DNA of 64,000 nt. Origin: Eledone cirrhosa (taxonomy: Eukaryota). The notes under the pieces are model-generated. The model had not been told where the DNA came from. It was given only the letters and a program-made list of their open reading frames with translations, and made no database searches. Location of the stretch: NCBI GenBank assembly GCA_964016885.1, contig OZ024757.1, positions 31,558,001 through 31,622,000 on the forward strand, written 5' to 3'. The translations under genes were made by a program, and so were the position numbers. This document shows positions 14,484 through 26,972 of this stretch, one piece after another (position 1 is the first letter of the stretch; each line of letters begins with the position of its first letter).

Positions 14484-14512
14484 TATATATATATATATGC
14501 ACGCACACGCAC

Positions 14513-14572
<60 letters not shown>

Positions 14573-14627
14573 ACACGTAGACATACTGGGGTGACTGGTT
14601 TTATATATATATATATATATACACACA

Positions 14628-14686
14628 CAGATATTGAGTTAGAAACTCAGACAGCATAAATATGTGTGTCTGTGTGTATGTATGTA

Positions 14687-14738
<52 letters not shown>

Positions 14739-14812
14739 CACACAGATATATCAGATATTGAGTTAGAAACTCAGACATAGCATAAATATGTGTGTCTGTG
14801 TGTATGTATGTA

Positions 14813-14868
<56 letters not shown>

Positions 14869-14930
14869 CACACAGATATATCAGATATTGAGTTAGAAAC
14901 TCAGACATAGCATAAATATGTGTGTCTGTA
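14628..14930. repeat. Three tandem copies of 'gatattgagttagaaactcagaca' separated by (TA)n
   Basis: Directly visible in the sequence. Confidence 0.8.
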
Positions 14931-15116
14931 TGTGTATGTCTATGTATGTATGTATGTATGTGTCTTTATATATATTTATGTGTCTATGTATATATATATA
15001 TGTGTGTGTCTGTGTATATGTGTGTGTGTGTGTGTGTCTGTGTATATGTGTGTGTCTGTATATATATATATATATATATGTGTGTCTGTATATATATATA
15101 TGTGTGTGTGTTTGTG

Positions 15117-15148
<32 letters not shown>

Positions 15149-15888
15149 CGTGTGCGTGTGAGTGTAAATATCTATTTTAGCTGTCGGAGAAAGAGGTAGA
15201 CAGATAGGTAAAAAGACAGGTAGCTAGAGAGAGAGAGATATATATAGGGTGGCAGATAGATAGCAGAGAGAGAGGGGGGCAGAGAGAGAGAGAGGGGCAA
15301 GGAGACAACATACATCTAGAGATATATATAGAGAGGGGGGGGGAGATCTAGATAGATATAAAGCACAAAGAGAGAGAGAACAGACATCTAGAGATACAGA
15401 TAGCAGAGAGAGAGAGAGAGAGAGAACAGACATCTAGAGATACAGATAGCAGAGAGAGAGAGAAAGAGAGAGAGAAAACTGACATCTAGATATACAGATA
15501 GCAGAGAGAGAGAGAGAGAACAGACATCTAGATATACAGATAGCAGATAGCAGAGAGAGAGAGAGAGTCCATTAAAAGTGGGACGATCAGGATGACTTCC
15601 ACATTGTTTACTGTCTCAATTGCTTACATAACAGATGGGGTGGGGAAGGGGACTAAACAAGGTATTTACACTCACTCATACACACGTGTGTATACGTGAG
15701 TATACATACGTGATTAGTTTTTATTCTTTCAGTCATTTGTCATTAGACTATACATATATATATTTCGTTGCTCTGGTATTGTGTAGGTCGACTTTGCTTG
15801 CTCACAGCCAAAGCTTCGATTTTACTAAGCCTCCACACACACACACACACACACATACACATACACACACACATATATATATATATAT

Positions 15889-15944
15889 AGGAAAAAGTAT
15901 GACCCCGACGGCAGAGCTCAAGCCGTTTCGACGGCTATTTCTGG

Positions 15945-15999
<55 letters not shown>

Positions 16000-16145
16000 A
16001 AAAAGTATGACCCCGACGGCAGAGCTCAAGCCGTTTCGACGGCTATTTCTGGACATATATATATACACACACACACACACATATATATATAGTCCTAGCT
16101 GTCGAAACGACCGGAGCTCAGCCGTCGGGGTCCTGACTCTTTTCC
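15889..16145. mobile_element. Three family C structured-repeat fragments (two direct, one inverted)
   Basis: 'ggaaaaagtatgaccccgacggcagagctcaagccgtttcgacggctatttctggac' occurs twice, then an inverted variant at 16092-16145. Confidence 0.75.
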
Positions 16146-16429
16146 TATATATATATATATGTGTGTGATGGCTGCCCCCTCGTTATCGAGTATGGCCATT
16201 GCACGAGAAAAAAAACCATAATAATAATAGCAACAATAATAATAACAACAACAACAATAATATATATATGTATATTATATATATATATACATACATACAT
16301 ACATACACACATTTCGGTATGTCCAAGTATCTACATACACACACACACACCAGTAAGTAGATAGGTAGAAATGTCTAACAGCTTAAAAGATCACTCAGTC
16401 TGTCGCCTACCTGTCTACTTATCTACCAG

Positions 16430-16493
<64 letters not shown>

Positions 16494-16580
16494 ATATATA
16501 TTGTATATACTTGGCGGTGGTGCTTTTGTTAGTTTTAACCTCAATTTATATAGATACACATACACGAATGTTGTTGTTAG

Positions 16581-16653
<73 letters not shown>

Positions 16654-16697
16654 TTTTGTACCGAAATGTGTGTGTGTGTGTATGTATATATATATAT

Positions 16698-17299
16698 GTC
16701 AGGTCATCAGTTGGTGCTACTGGTAACATGTATCCCAGTACAACCTGTCTCATGGTCGGGTCGTTGGCGACTAAACTGGCAACCCCACCAAGGTTCCTTG
16801 GTGAGGAAGCTGACTTTGGACATCCTGCAGGACTAAAAACAAACCTGTCAAAGGGCAAAGGAGCTCTTAAGAGTCAATGGCCATCCAAAATCACTGGGAG
16901 AGATGACCCCTTAGCTTTTGTCAAGGCAGAATTCTAGGAGAAGGAAAACTCTGATATAACACCCGCAACCCTGATGGTATCCAATGATGTTGACTTGTTC
17001 TTTTTCGTAAATATCTTGGTTAAGAGAGTGGGACTGGCTTTGTGCAGTGCCTTTGCTCACTATAAAAGCTTCACGGCACAGGCATTGCTTTATATCTGGA
17101 GATCTCTCTGCACTTGTCATCACATGGTACCATGGGCCCAGCAATATGTGTCAGTAATTGTCACAAGTGTAGTGTTTGTACCAGAGTTTTCTAGTCGCTG
17201 GCTGGACTAAAAAGTCACACTCGTTCAGCGCATCGGTAAGGGTTCTCCTACATGGATATAAAGTAGTGGCCGTACTCGAAAACGAGTTGGCAGCCACCA
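16698..17299 (+). mobile_element. ~600-bp non-autonomous element carrying an RTE 5'-UTR-like motif (copy 1)
   Basis: Highly similar to 33740-34342. Contains 'ctaggagaaggaaaactctga', which I recall from RTE 5' UTRs. Both ends lie in (TA)n. Confidence 0.7.
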
Positions 17300-17757
17300 T
17301 ATATCTATATATATATATATATATATATACATACATACACACACACACGAGTGCTGTTAGAATTAACCTCAATCTATGTCAACTCAGTAACACCAATTAC
17401 TGTGTAGCTGCATAAATAGGATAAAATCGGACCAAGGCTGCAGTCAACACACACACATACATATATACACACACACACACACACACATACATACACATAT
17501 ATATACGCCGACAGACACATGTATACACACTTATACGCATATATACACACACACACACGTATATATATGGATATCCACAAAAGAAATCAGCCACAATATA
17601 TAAATAGCCAGAACAAACAAGTCTATTTTAGACATTTAATTATTTCGTTTTGTTTCGTTGTTGTTGTTGTTGCTTCTGTTTGTTGAAATTTAGTTTGTAC
17701 CGGGAGACACGAGGTTGTATAATTTAGTTTCTTAGATAATGGCGGTTGGAGACAGAC

Positions 17758-17791
<34 letters not shown>

Positions 17792-17998
17792 CGAGTGTGA
17801 CAGACGGATAGAGAGAGGAAAATAATGAGCTGAGAATCATCCGACACACACGTGTGTGTGTGTGTGGCGGAGTTTTTCCTCCATATCCGATGAAGGACTT
17901 CTGTCCGAAACATCGAAACGTCCTCCACTACCACCAAGCATGAACCTAATATAACTGTGTACAATTTACCTCCTGCGTTTTGTTTGTTCATTTTCAAC

Positions 17999-18033
<35 letters not shown>

Positions 18034-18241
18034 TCTTGTCTAGTGATACTGTGAGTAGACAGGTGAAACTCCAGACTACTAGGGCTCACCATTTAACCTC
18101 AATAAATGAACAATTAAAATCTACTTTATTGACTACGCCATTGAGTATTCATTCTCACACCCGTCAATAACACATGGACATATCCCTCCTCATTCACAAA
18201 GTACTTATAAGAAGACATATTGACAGAACTTTCACATATGT

Positions 18242-18626
18242 ATCTTCCCGTTCCGCGGTGGCAAACCCCTCGTCTGGGATGCCACTTGCAGCGACACTTT
18301 CTCCAGCCGCAACCTGGTGCAGTTTGCAACTAACCAAGGTTCTGCTGCAGGTCGGGCTGAGGAGGCCAAACTCTTCAAATACCGGTCGCTCTCCGACAGG
18401 TTTGCGGTCGTAGCCTTGGGGGCAGTGGAGACTTCTGGTGTCCTCGGGCCCTAGGGCTACCTCCCTACTCACCACCATAGGCGCTGATCTGGCCAGCCAC
18501 GGGTGTGAGCCTCACCCTCGCGAGTTGGAATGGCTCTTCCAGCGCATCTCCCTTACCATCCTCCAGGGAAACGCCTTCTCCATTCTGCCTGGCGGGGAAA
18601 TCTCCCACCCACTTTGGGAGAGGTGA
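18242..18626 (+). pseudogene. CRE-clade non-LTR retrotransposon fragment, restriction-like endonuclease C-terminus
   Basis: GKPLVWDATCSDT..AAGRAEEAKLFKY..AVETSGVLGP, then a frameshift near 18450, then ..WLFQRISLTILQGNAFSIL. Confidence 0.85.
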
Positions 18627-19029
18627 AAGATGTCTTCTCTTGTGAAAATGGCTATAGCTTTCGTTATGTAAAATCTCCCCATTTTGCCTCATTTCTCCCC
18701 GTTTTGCGTCGCTTGTTTTCATGGTACTCCCCGTTTGGACTTTTAGAGGTTGGCAGGTTTGCCATTTGCTTATAATAGTGAGAGAAGGGGAGAGCGAGAG
18801 AACAGCAACCCTTATTTATTTGTAACAATTATAAAAATATATACATTCCGTCGGATTAAAGGGGGAAAAAAACTCTTTAAATATAATTGTTTGTACTTTT
18901 GGCACCAGGCCAGCAATTATCCCAGTGCATTACTGGTACTTGATACTTCTGTACTTTTTCACTTTAACTTTTTAACTATAATTTTTCCATGAGCTTGGCT
19001 GGTCTCTCTCGTTTGGGGATCTAGCCGGA

Positions 19030-19288
19030 TCAGTTGGAGACGGTTCCTTCTGACATGACCCGTTGGAAGGACTGTTTGAGGGGTCCTCCCTCACGACCCA
19101 CTTGGTTGGTCTCGCTTGGGGATCCAGCTGGAGGTGGGCCTTCTGACATGACCCGCTGGAAGGAGTGTTTGAGGAGGGCTCTTTCTCCGCGACTCTCTTG
19201 GCTGGTCTCGCTTGAGGGTCCAGCCGGTGTGGCTTCTGACATGACTCGCTGGAAAGAGTGTTTGAGGAGGACCCTTCTCCACGACCCT
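19030..19288 (-). CDS. Candidate terminal coding exon with three 31-aa repeats (LK[HQ]SFQRVMSE)
   Basis: 93-nt period. All four differences within the repeat core fall at codon position 3 of this frame. Pyrimidine tract upstream; ends in TGA. Confidence 0.5.
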
Positions 19289-20044
19289 CTCAGGAAGAAG
19301 TGAGCGAAGAAAAAGAACTATATTTTGAGATTTATATGCTACACGGTAGGATGATCTGTAGCCTCGTGGTTAGAGAGAGAGGGCGTTTTAACCAGACAGC
19401 CATCCATGCCTTTCAGTTTGTTGTTTGTTGATTCAAACTGAAATCCTGTCTTAACTAAAACCAATACTGCATTTTTTCCATAATACTGAGTTTTTCCACT
19501 AGCACCCACCACAAACATCTTCACCAACACCATATTAACCATTACCGCTACCACCTCACCACCATCACTACTATCAGGCCACAACCATCCCCATGTTTAC
19601 CAATACGACTACTACCAACACTTCCACAACCATCAGACCACTACTTCCAAACCACCACCGTCACCATATTTTCTCCATTACGACTGCCACCTCACCACCG
19701 CCATGTTTACTGATACGACTACCCCACCACCCCTATCACTACCACCACTACCATCACTGCATCATCACTGTCACCACTACACCTCGGCTACCACCCCACT
19801 ACCCCCTATATCATCATCACTGCATCACCACTGCCACCACTACACCACGGCTACTACCACACCACCCCTATGACTACCCCACTCCTCCCATCACTGCATC
19901 ACCACACAGCTACACCACCACCACCATGTTTACCATTACATTTACTGCCATATGTGTTGTATGTAGTTAGTGAACTTAGCATTTAGTTTCACTCCTTTAT
20001 TTTCTTGTTTGTCTTTCTATTGAAATGGTATTGGTTACTGAAAA

Positions 20045-20735
20045 CATGGTGGTGGTGATGGTGGGGTGGTATTGGTGATGGTAGCAGGGTGGTGACTGGT
20101 GACGGTGGTGATGGTGGCGGGGCTGGTGACTGGTGATGGTGGTGACGGTGGTATTGGTGATGGTGGCGGGCTGGTGACGGTGGCGGGCTGGTGACGGTGG
20201 TGATGGTGGCGGGGCTGGTGACTGGTGATGGTGGTGACGGTGGTATTGGTGATGATGGCGGGGTGGTAGCCGTGGTATTAGTGATGGTGGCGGGGTGGTG
20301 ACTGGTGACGGTGGTGATGGTGGCGGGGCTGGTGACTGGTGATGGTGGTGACGGTGGTATTGGTGATGATGGCGGGGTGGTGACTGGTGACGGTGGTGAT
20401 GGTGGCGGGGCTGGTGACGGTGGTATTGGTGATGATGGCGGGGTGGTGGCCGTGGTATTAGTGATGGTGGCGGGGTGGTGACTGGTGACGGTGGTGATGG
20501 TGGCGGGGCTGGTGACTGGTGATGGTGGTGACGGTGGTATTGGTGATGGTGGCGGGGTGGTGGCCGTGGTATTAGTGATGGTGGCGGGGTGGTGACTGGT
20601 GACGGTGGTGATGGTGGCGGGGCTGGTGACTGGTGATGGTGGTATTGGTGATGGTGGCGGGGTGGTGGCCGTGGTATTAGTAATGGTGGTGAGTGGTGGT
20701 ATTGGTGATGGTGGTGGTGGTGGCGATGGTATTGG
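20045..20735. repeat. GGT-rich minisatellite
   Basis: Repeated 'ggtgactggtgacggtggtgatggtggcgggg'. Confidence 0.9.
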
Positions 20736-21065
20736 TGTGGAGAATGTGGAAATGGTGATGGTGGTTAGTTAATAGGGGGATGTGATGGAGATGGTGGTTA
20801 GTTAATGGTGGTGGTGGTGGTGGTGGTGAGTTAAGGGCAATGGTTTGGGGGATGTAGAGATGGTGGTGGGTAGTTAAGGGTGATGGTAGTGACGGCTAGC
20901 TTAGGATGGTGGTGATGACTGTAGAGAAGGTATAGTGTTGGCGGGGATGGCTAGTTTAGGGTGACTTTGGAGATGGAGGTGTTAGAGGAGGGGGGGGGGG
21001 CAGAGAAAATGTTTATCACGAAATGGGAGCGGGGCATATAGGAAGAAAACAAATTCTAATGAGAA

Positions 21066-21122
<57 letters not shown>

Positions 21123-21650
21123 AGAGGTTATATTTAATTTGTTGGGATACAACAAGCAAAATATTTTTATAACTGATATAAAGCACTCAACAAATTATTG
21201 TAGTAAATATACAATATATTACAAATGGAAACTATATTTATAAAACCATATTTATTTCATTATACATATTTCAAGGGCCAACACGACAAACTATGGTGCG
21301 CTTTCATCAGATAAAATATAATTGTTTCTACTTTAGGCACAAGGCCAGCAATTACCCAGTGCATTACTGGTACTTTATTTTATCGACCCCGTAAGGATGA
21401 AACAGATAAAATATAATATAGGTTAGTTTTATAAATAAATATTGACATACCCTGAAAAAATACAACCATTCTGGTTGGAATCTCCTGGATAGTAAAGACT
21501 ATCCAGGAGATTCCAACCAGAATGGTTGCATTTTTTCAGGGTATGTCAATATTTATTTATGTTTATTTATAAAACTAACCTATATTATATTTTATCTGAT
21601 GAAAGCGCACCATAGTTTGCCTTGTTGGCCCTTGAAATATGTATATAATA
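21123..21650. mobile_element. Family B Penelope-terminus-like element, large fold-back with two hammerheads
   Basis: HHR on - at 21253-21318 and on + at 21588-21645. Arms mirror about the centre near 21495. Confidence 0.75.
21323..21403 (-). mobile_element. 5'-truncated SINE with a 15-bp target-site duplication
   Basis: 'cagataaaatataat' at 21308-21322 and 21404-21418. Confidence 0.85.
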
Positions 21651-21753
21651 TATCGTATATATATATATCTTATACATGTGTGTGTGTGTGTTTCTATATA
21701 TATATTCTATATATGTATCTTATATATGTGTGTGTGTTTGCATATATATATAT

Positions 21754-21947
21754 GTTATTCCGGGTTGAATCGGAGGTAACCACAGTAAGGTACTCAATAC
21801 ATTGCAGAGTATAAAAGTTTTAATATAGATGAGATTCTACAGGACTAGAACTGTTTCATTCCTTAGAAATCATCAGGAATCGGGATTCCTGATGATTTCT
21901 AAGGAATGAAACAGTTCTAGTCCTGTAGAATCTCATCTATATTAAAA
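21754..21947. mobile_element. Family A element with a double-hammerhead palindrome
   Basis: Near-perfect palindrome 21818-21947. Confidence 0.8.
21882..21934 (+). ncRNA. Type I hammerhead ribozyme (best family A copy)
   Basis: Stem I gggattc/gaatctc; CTGATGA; U.U plus ttc/gaa stem II; GAAA; stem III cag/ctg; GUA cleavage triplet. Confidence 0.8.
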
Positions 21948-22210
21948 TATATATATATATATATATATACTATATATGTATGTTATACATGTGTGTTTGT
22001 ATAGTATATATATATATATATATATATATACTATACAAACACGCACGCACATACACTATATATGTATGTGTGTGTGTGTTTGGGTATATATATATATATA
22101 TATAAATGTATATACGTGTATTTATATATACATGTCTGTATTGTGTGTGTATGTATATTCATATATGTGAGTGTGCATGTATATGTGTATATCTATTCAT
22201 ATAGTATGAA

Positions 22211-22242
<32 letters not shown>

Positions 22243-22261
22243 CATACACACACACACATTC

Positions 22262-22333
<72 letters not shown>

Positions 22334-22899
22334 TGTATATGTGTGTGTGATGTGTGTGCGTGTATAAAGAGAATAAGAGAGAAAAAATGTGTACAGGTTG
22401 AAAAGTTCACGGTTTGTAATACCTTGGGAAGTAGTCTTTACTCACAGCCATCATCATCACCGTCACTACCACCCCCACCATCATCATTGTCACCAACACC
22501 ACCACTATCACCATCACCGCCACTGTCACTACCACCCTCACCATCATCATTGTCACCAACACTACCACCACCACCACCACCACCACCACCACTATCATTA
22601 CCATCATTGTCGACGCCACCTCCATCATCATTATCACCAACACTTCCACCATCACCATCGTCGTCACCACCAACACTACCACTATCATTGTCACCACCAC
22701 CACCACCACCACCACCATCATCGCCCCACCCCCACCCACTACCCTCCCACCACCACCACCACCAACACCATGTGCTACAGTTGAAATTCCGCTCTAGGTT
22801 AACAAACAACGAAATCTAGGACAACCCAGCAATGAACAGTCAACTGGCCTAACCTGTCTTGTCTTACACACAAACACACAGATAACAATGGGCCTCCGT

Positions 22900-23235
22900 T
22901 TGTTTCGACGATGAGTGTTCAAGTTTAGTGTTTATTTGGGTCAACAGAAAGACATTCTCATTCGAGCAATTAACGTGTAGGCATGTGGCTGAGTATCTCA
23001 GACACCTCTGTTCTCTTAACATAATTCTTCAGTCTTGTCTTACATTAAAAACAAACCAACAAATAAACAAAAAAGATAAATGGACTTCCGTCGGTTTCAG
23101 TGATGAATATTCCAGCTCAGTGGTTCGGTTAGCAGAATGGTTTGTTTACTCTTTAAATTAGCGCGGCGTTAGTGGCTGAGTATTCCACAGACACATATGT
23201 CGTCGACGTAATCGTATGGGAGATTCAGCGGGGGA
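22900..23235 (+). mobile_element. Two diverged fragments of a second octopus SINE-like repeat
   Basis: 'gtggctgagta...cagacac' occurs twice. Confidence 0.6.
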
Positions 23236-23274
23236 CAACGATCAAACTTTGAAATTCTTACTCTTTCATCTAAA

Positions 23275-23582
23275 CATGTTGACTTAAACATATACAGCCT
23301 TTAAGCCAAATATATACCACAACCTTTGAGCCAAACATTTACCATCTTTGAATCGAACATATGCACAATCTTTGAACCAAACATTTACAATCTTTGAATC
23401 GAACATATGCACAACCTTTGAGCCAAACATTTACAATCTTTGAATCGAACATATGCACAACCTTTGAGCCAAACATTTACAATCTTTGAGCCAAACATTT
23501 ACAATCTTTGAGCCAAACATTTACAATCTTTGAATCGAACATATGCACAATCTTTGAACCAAACATATACACAAGCTTTGAA
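23275..23582. repeat. 22-bp-based minisatellite
   Basis: Alternating 'ctttgagccaaacatttacaat' and 'ctttgaatcgaacatatgcacaa'. Confidence 0.85.
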
Positions 23583-23823
23583 TGTGATGTTGGTCTCGCG
23601 ATCACAAGGGTGTGAGCTCGATTCCTGAATCGGAAGACGCGTTGTATTTTTGAGCAAGATGCTTCATTTCGTGGCAGGACTAGGACCCCTATCCGAGAAA
23701 CCTATGAGACGCAACTATATACACACACATATATATAGTGTAAACAGTTTCATACACTAAATAGGCTCTCTTTGAACAGATCGAGCACTGTTTTCCTTGA
23801 TCTTTCATCTACGAATTTCTACC

Positions 23824-23906
<83 letters not shown>

Positions 23907-24176
23907 GTGTGTGTGTTTATATACATATTTTAAGGAGGACACACACATATTGGCGTCAGGAAGGGCTTCTGGCTGTAGAGCATTTCGTCCAAACCTATGC
24001 CAGCATGGAAAAAGTATATGTAAAAACAATGACACATACACAATATATAGATACACATACGTATATATTACCGCTTTTATATAAAATTACATCACCTTTA
24101 TTAAATATGTATTATGTATATATAATAATAGTGATGTAATTTAATATAATAGAGGTAATATTCACGTGTACGTATG

Positions 24177-24217
<41 letters not shown>

Positions 24218-24699
24218 GCAAGTATTTTTGAAGCTACTATATTTATTTATTTATTCATGATTGAGTCATGAAGTAGAATCTAATGTTACTATAAATAAAC
24301 TTTGCTGAATCACTTTTCGGTATCAGCACTGAAGTTTTGTATGGTCATCAACGGTAAATCTCTTTAAAATAGAAATACTAATTTACTACTTCTTAAACCT
24401 AAATGCTTACCGACATTCCTCAGATAAACACAGATCGTGCGTTCGTAAACAACCGCCGCATACTTTCTATATCGCACTGACATTTTTTTTTTTACCCCAG
24501 TGGCCAATAAAGAAATTATTATATAAATCACGGATTTAAGTAATGAAAAAAAAAAAAAAAAGTGGGCAGATGTATAAGGGAGAGCAGGGGGGGGGGGGGG
24601 GGGGGGGGGCAGTTACAGTGGGTGTCTGATTCCTTTGTTTTCGGACCTGGTGTATACGTATATATATATATTTATTTCCCTCCTTCTGCTTACGCAGTT

Positions 24700-24862
24700 A
24701 GGATGCCATGCTTTACAGCATAGTTACGTCCGTTTATGGTCTAAGTTCAAATCCCGCCGAGGTTAACTTTGCCTTTCATCCTTATGTGGTCGATAAAATA
24801 AAGTACCAGTAATGTACTGGGATAATTGCTGGCCTTGTGTCAAAAGTAGAAACAATTATTAT
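24700..24862 (+). mobile_element. tRNA-derived SINE
   Basis: B box, family core and tail. Confidence 0.85.
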
Positions 24863-25049
24863 TTGTTTTTATATAAAAGGAAGAAAAAGGGTTTAAAAAG
24901 GGCAGATCTGGCTGGTTAGAGTAAAGGAAAGAACTATAAATGCCATAAATGAGAAGAAAAGAAAACAGGAAGGACTATTAGGCCGTGGAAGAAAAAGAAA
25001 GAGAGGTTGAAGGGGAGGGTGACAGACTCCACGCCTAGTAAGGTCGGGG

Positions 25050-25208
25050 CAGTGTTTCGGTTGCACCTCGCGGACAAAACTGCAAAAACATTTCCGCTGA
25101 CAATGACCAGCGACACCCACTGCAACAGCCATCCTACCTCGCGTGGCTCCTTCCTCAGACGGGCTGCTGACGTTCCAATTTTGCGGAAGAGCTTCTTTAC
25201 CTCATCCC
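25050..25208 (-). pseudogene. Second CRE-clade RLE retrotransposon 3' fragment
   Basis: DEVKKLFRKIG..EPREVGWLLQWVSLVIVSGNVFAVL parallels the QRISL..GNA motif at 18540. Confidence 0.65.
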
Positions 25209-25326
25209 TTTTTTTTCATTACTCAATTTTATTTTAATCTTATTTTAAATATTTCCAACCATTGCATAACATCTGTTTATATAACAGATAACACTATAAA
25301 ACTTACGACTATATAAAAACAAAAAA

Positions 25327-25650
25327 TAATTGTTTCTGCTTTTGGCACAAGGCCAGCAATTATCTCAGTACATTACTGGTACTTTATTTTATCGACCCCG
25401 TAAGGATGAAAAGCAAAGTTAACCTCGGCGGAATTTGAACTCAGAACGTAAAGTTCAAATCCAGTCGAGGTTAACTTTGCCTTTCATCCTTATGGGGAAA
25501 AAATAATTGTTTCTACTTTTGGCGCAAGGCCAGCAATTATCCCAGTACATTACTGATACTTTATTTTATCGACCCCGTAAGATGAAAGGCAAAGTTGACC
25601 TCGGCGGGGTTTAAACTCAGAATGGGAAGAGCCGTAACTCTATGCGTCAA
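25327..25650 (-). mobile_element. Two SINE copies with an internal fold-back
   Basis: Core motifs present; an inverted piece lies at 25452-25496. Confidence 0.8.
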
Positions 25651-26644
25651 AAATAATGATTTATGATTTAGACACAAAGCGAACATTTGGGGGAGTAGGC
25701 AAAGTCGATTAAATCGACTTCAGTACGTTACTGGTATCGTATCGGAAGGGTCAAAGAAAATTAACCATGGCAGGAGTTTCTGAGTCAAGGAGATCTTAAT
25801 TCCCAAATGTCGAGTGACTAAAGGGTTTATTATATATGTCTGAGTGCATAAGGAAAGAGATATTGTTTTGGTTGTGTTGAACTGCATTTGACCCACAGGT
25901 GTAACTGAGCTAAAGGTGAACCACAGCTCAGACTGAGCTAAAGGTGAACCACAGCCCAGACTCAGCTAAAGGTGAAACAGTTGAAATTGAGCTTGCGTTG
26001 AGTCACCGCTCTGACTGACCTACATATTTGAGTATCACAGTTTTCACTGATTGGCTCCTAGCTGCGACAGGTGACTGACCTTCAGTTGACCCACAGCTGA
26101 CAATAACCTATATTTGACCCACAGCAGTTACTGACCTACTTCAGTTGGCCCACAGTGACAATTGATTCAAGTTTCTCAGTCAATTCTCTCCAGTTTCTAA
26201 CTTTAGATTTCCTCTCAAAATATCTGTAAATTGCATTATCACGTTTTCTATTGATCAAAGTTCAATAGATTTTAGTTATCACCCCCACTCCCTTACCTCT
26301 TTCTGTTGTATTCTATTTTCAGTTCATTTAATATTATTATTAATTATTTTTTTTGCATGTATGTACATGTATCGATGGATGTTTAAACATGAGTATATAT
26401 TTATATATAACAATCTCACTCTTGCACATGCATTTCAATGTTTGATGTCAGTCTCTTTTTCTCTCTCTCTCTCTCTCCTACTTAATGTTTAAGATGGCGT
26501 CTGTCTGTCTCTCCCTCTCTCACACACTTGTTTGATGTGCAAGGGAGAGCAGGAGAGGGAGTGGGAGTATGGATCCTTTGTTTTCGGACCTGGTGTATAT
26601 ATTTATTTATTTATTTATTTATTTCCATCCCTCTGCTTACCTAT

Positions 26645-26972
26645 TCAGTATCGGTAGAGGGTCGGACGCCATGCTTTGCAGCAAAGAGTTGTGGCCCATT
26701 ACGGTCTTAGTTCAAATTTCGCCGAGGTTAACTTTGCCTTTCATCCTTACGGGGTCGATACAATAAAGTACCAGTAATACACTGGAGTAAATGCTGGCCT
26801 TGAGCCAAAAGTAGAAACATTATTTTTAAGTCGGACACTATGCTTTGCAGCATAAAGTTACGGTCTGAGTTCAAATCCCTCTAAGGTTAACTTTGCCTTT
26901 CATTCTTACGGGGGGTCAATAAATACACTGGTTAATTGCTGGCCTTGTGCCAAAAGTAGAAGCAATTATTAA
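26645..26972 (+). mobile_element. Two tandem SINE copies
   Basis: A and B boxes plus core. Confidence 0.8.

Noticed and set aside
17885-17925. Hammerhead-like CCGATGA-aggac..gtcc-GAAAC
   Set aside because: U4 is mutated and there is no clear stem I; probably a decayed relative of 56097-56136.
22389-22819. His-, Pro- or Gly-rich proteins (also 12966-13500, 19593-19970, 54361-55572)
   Set aside because: Degenerate (CAC)n or (CCCT)n repeats with no splice or codon-position signal.
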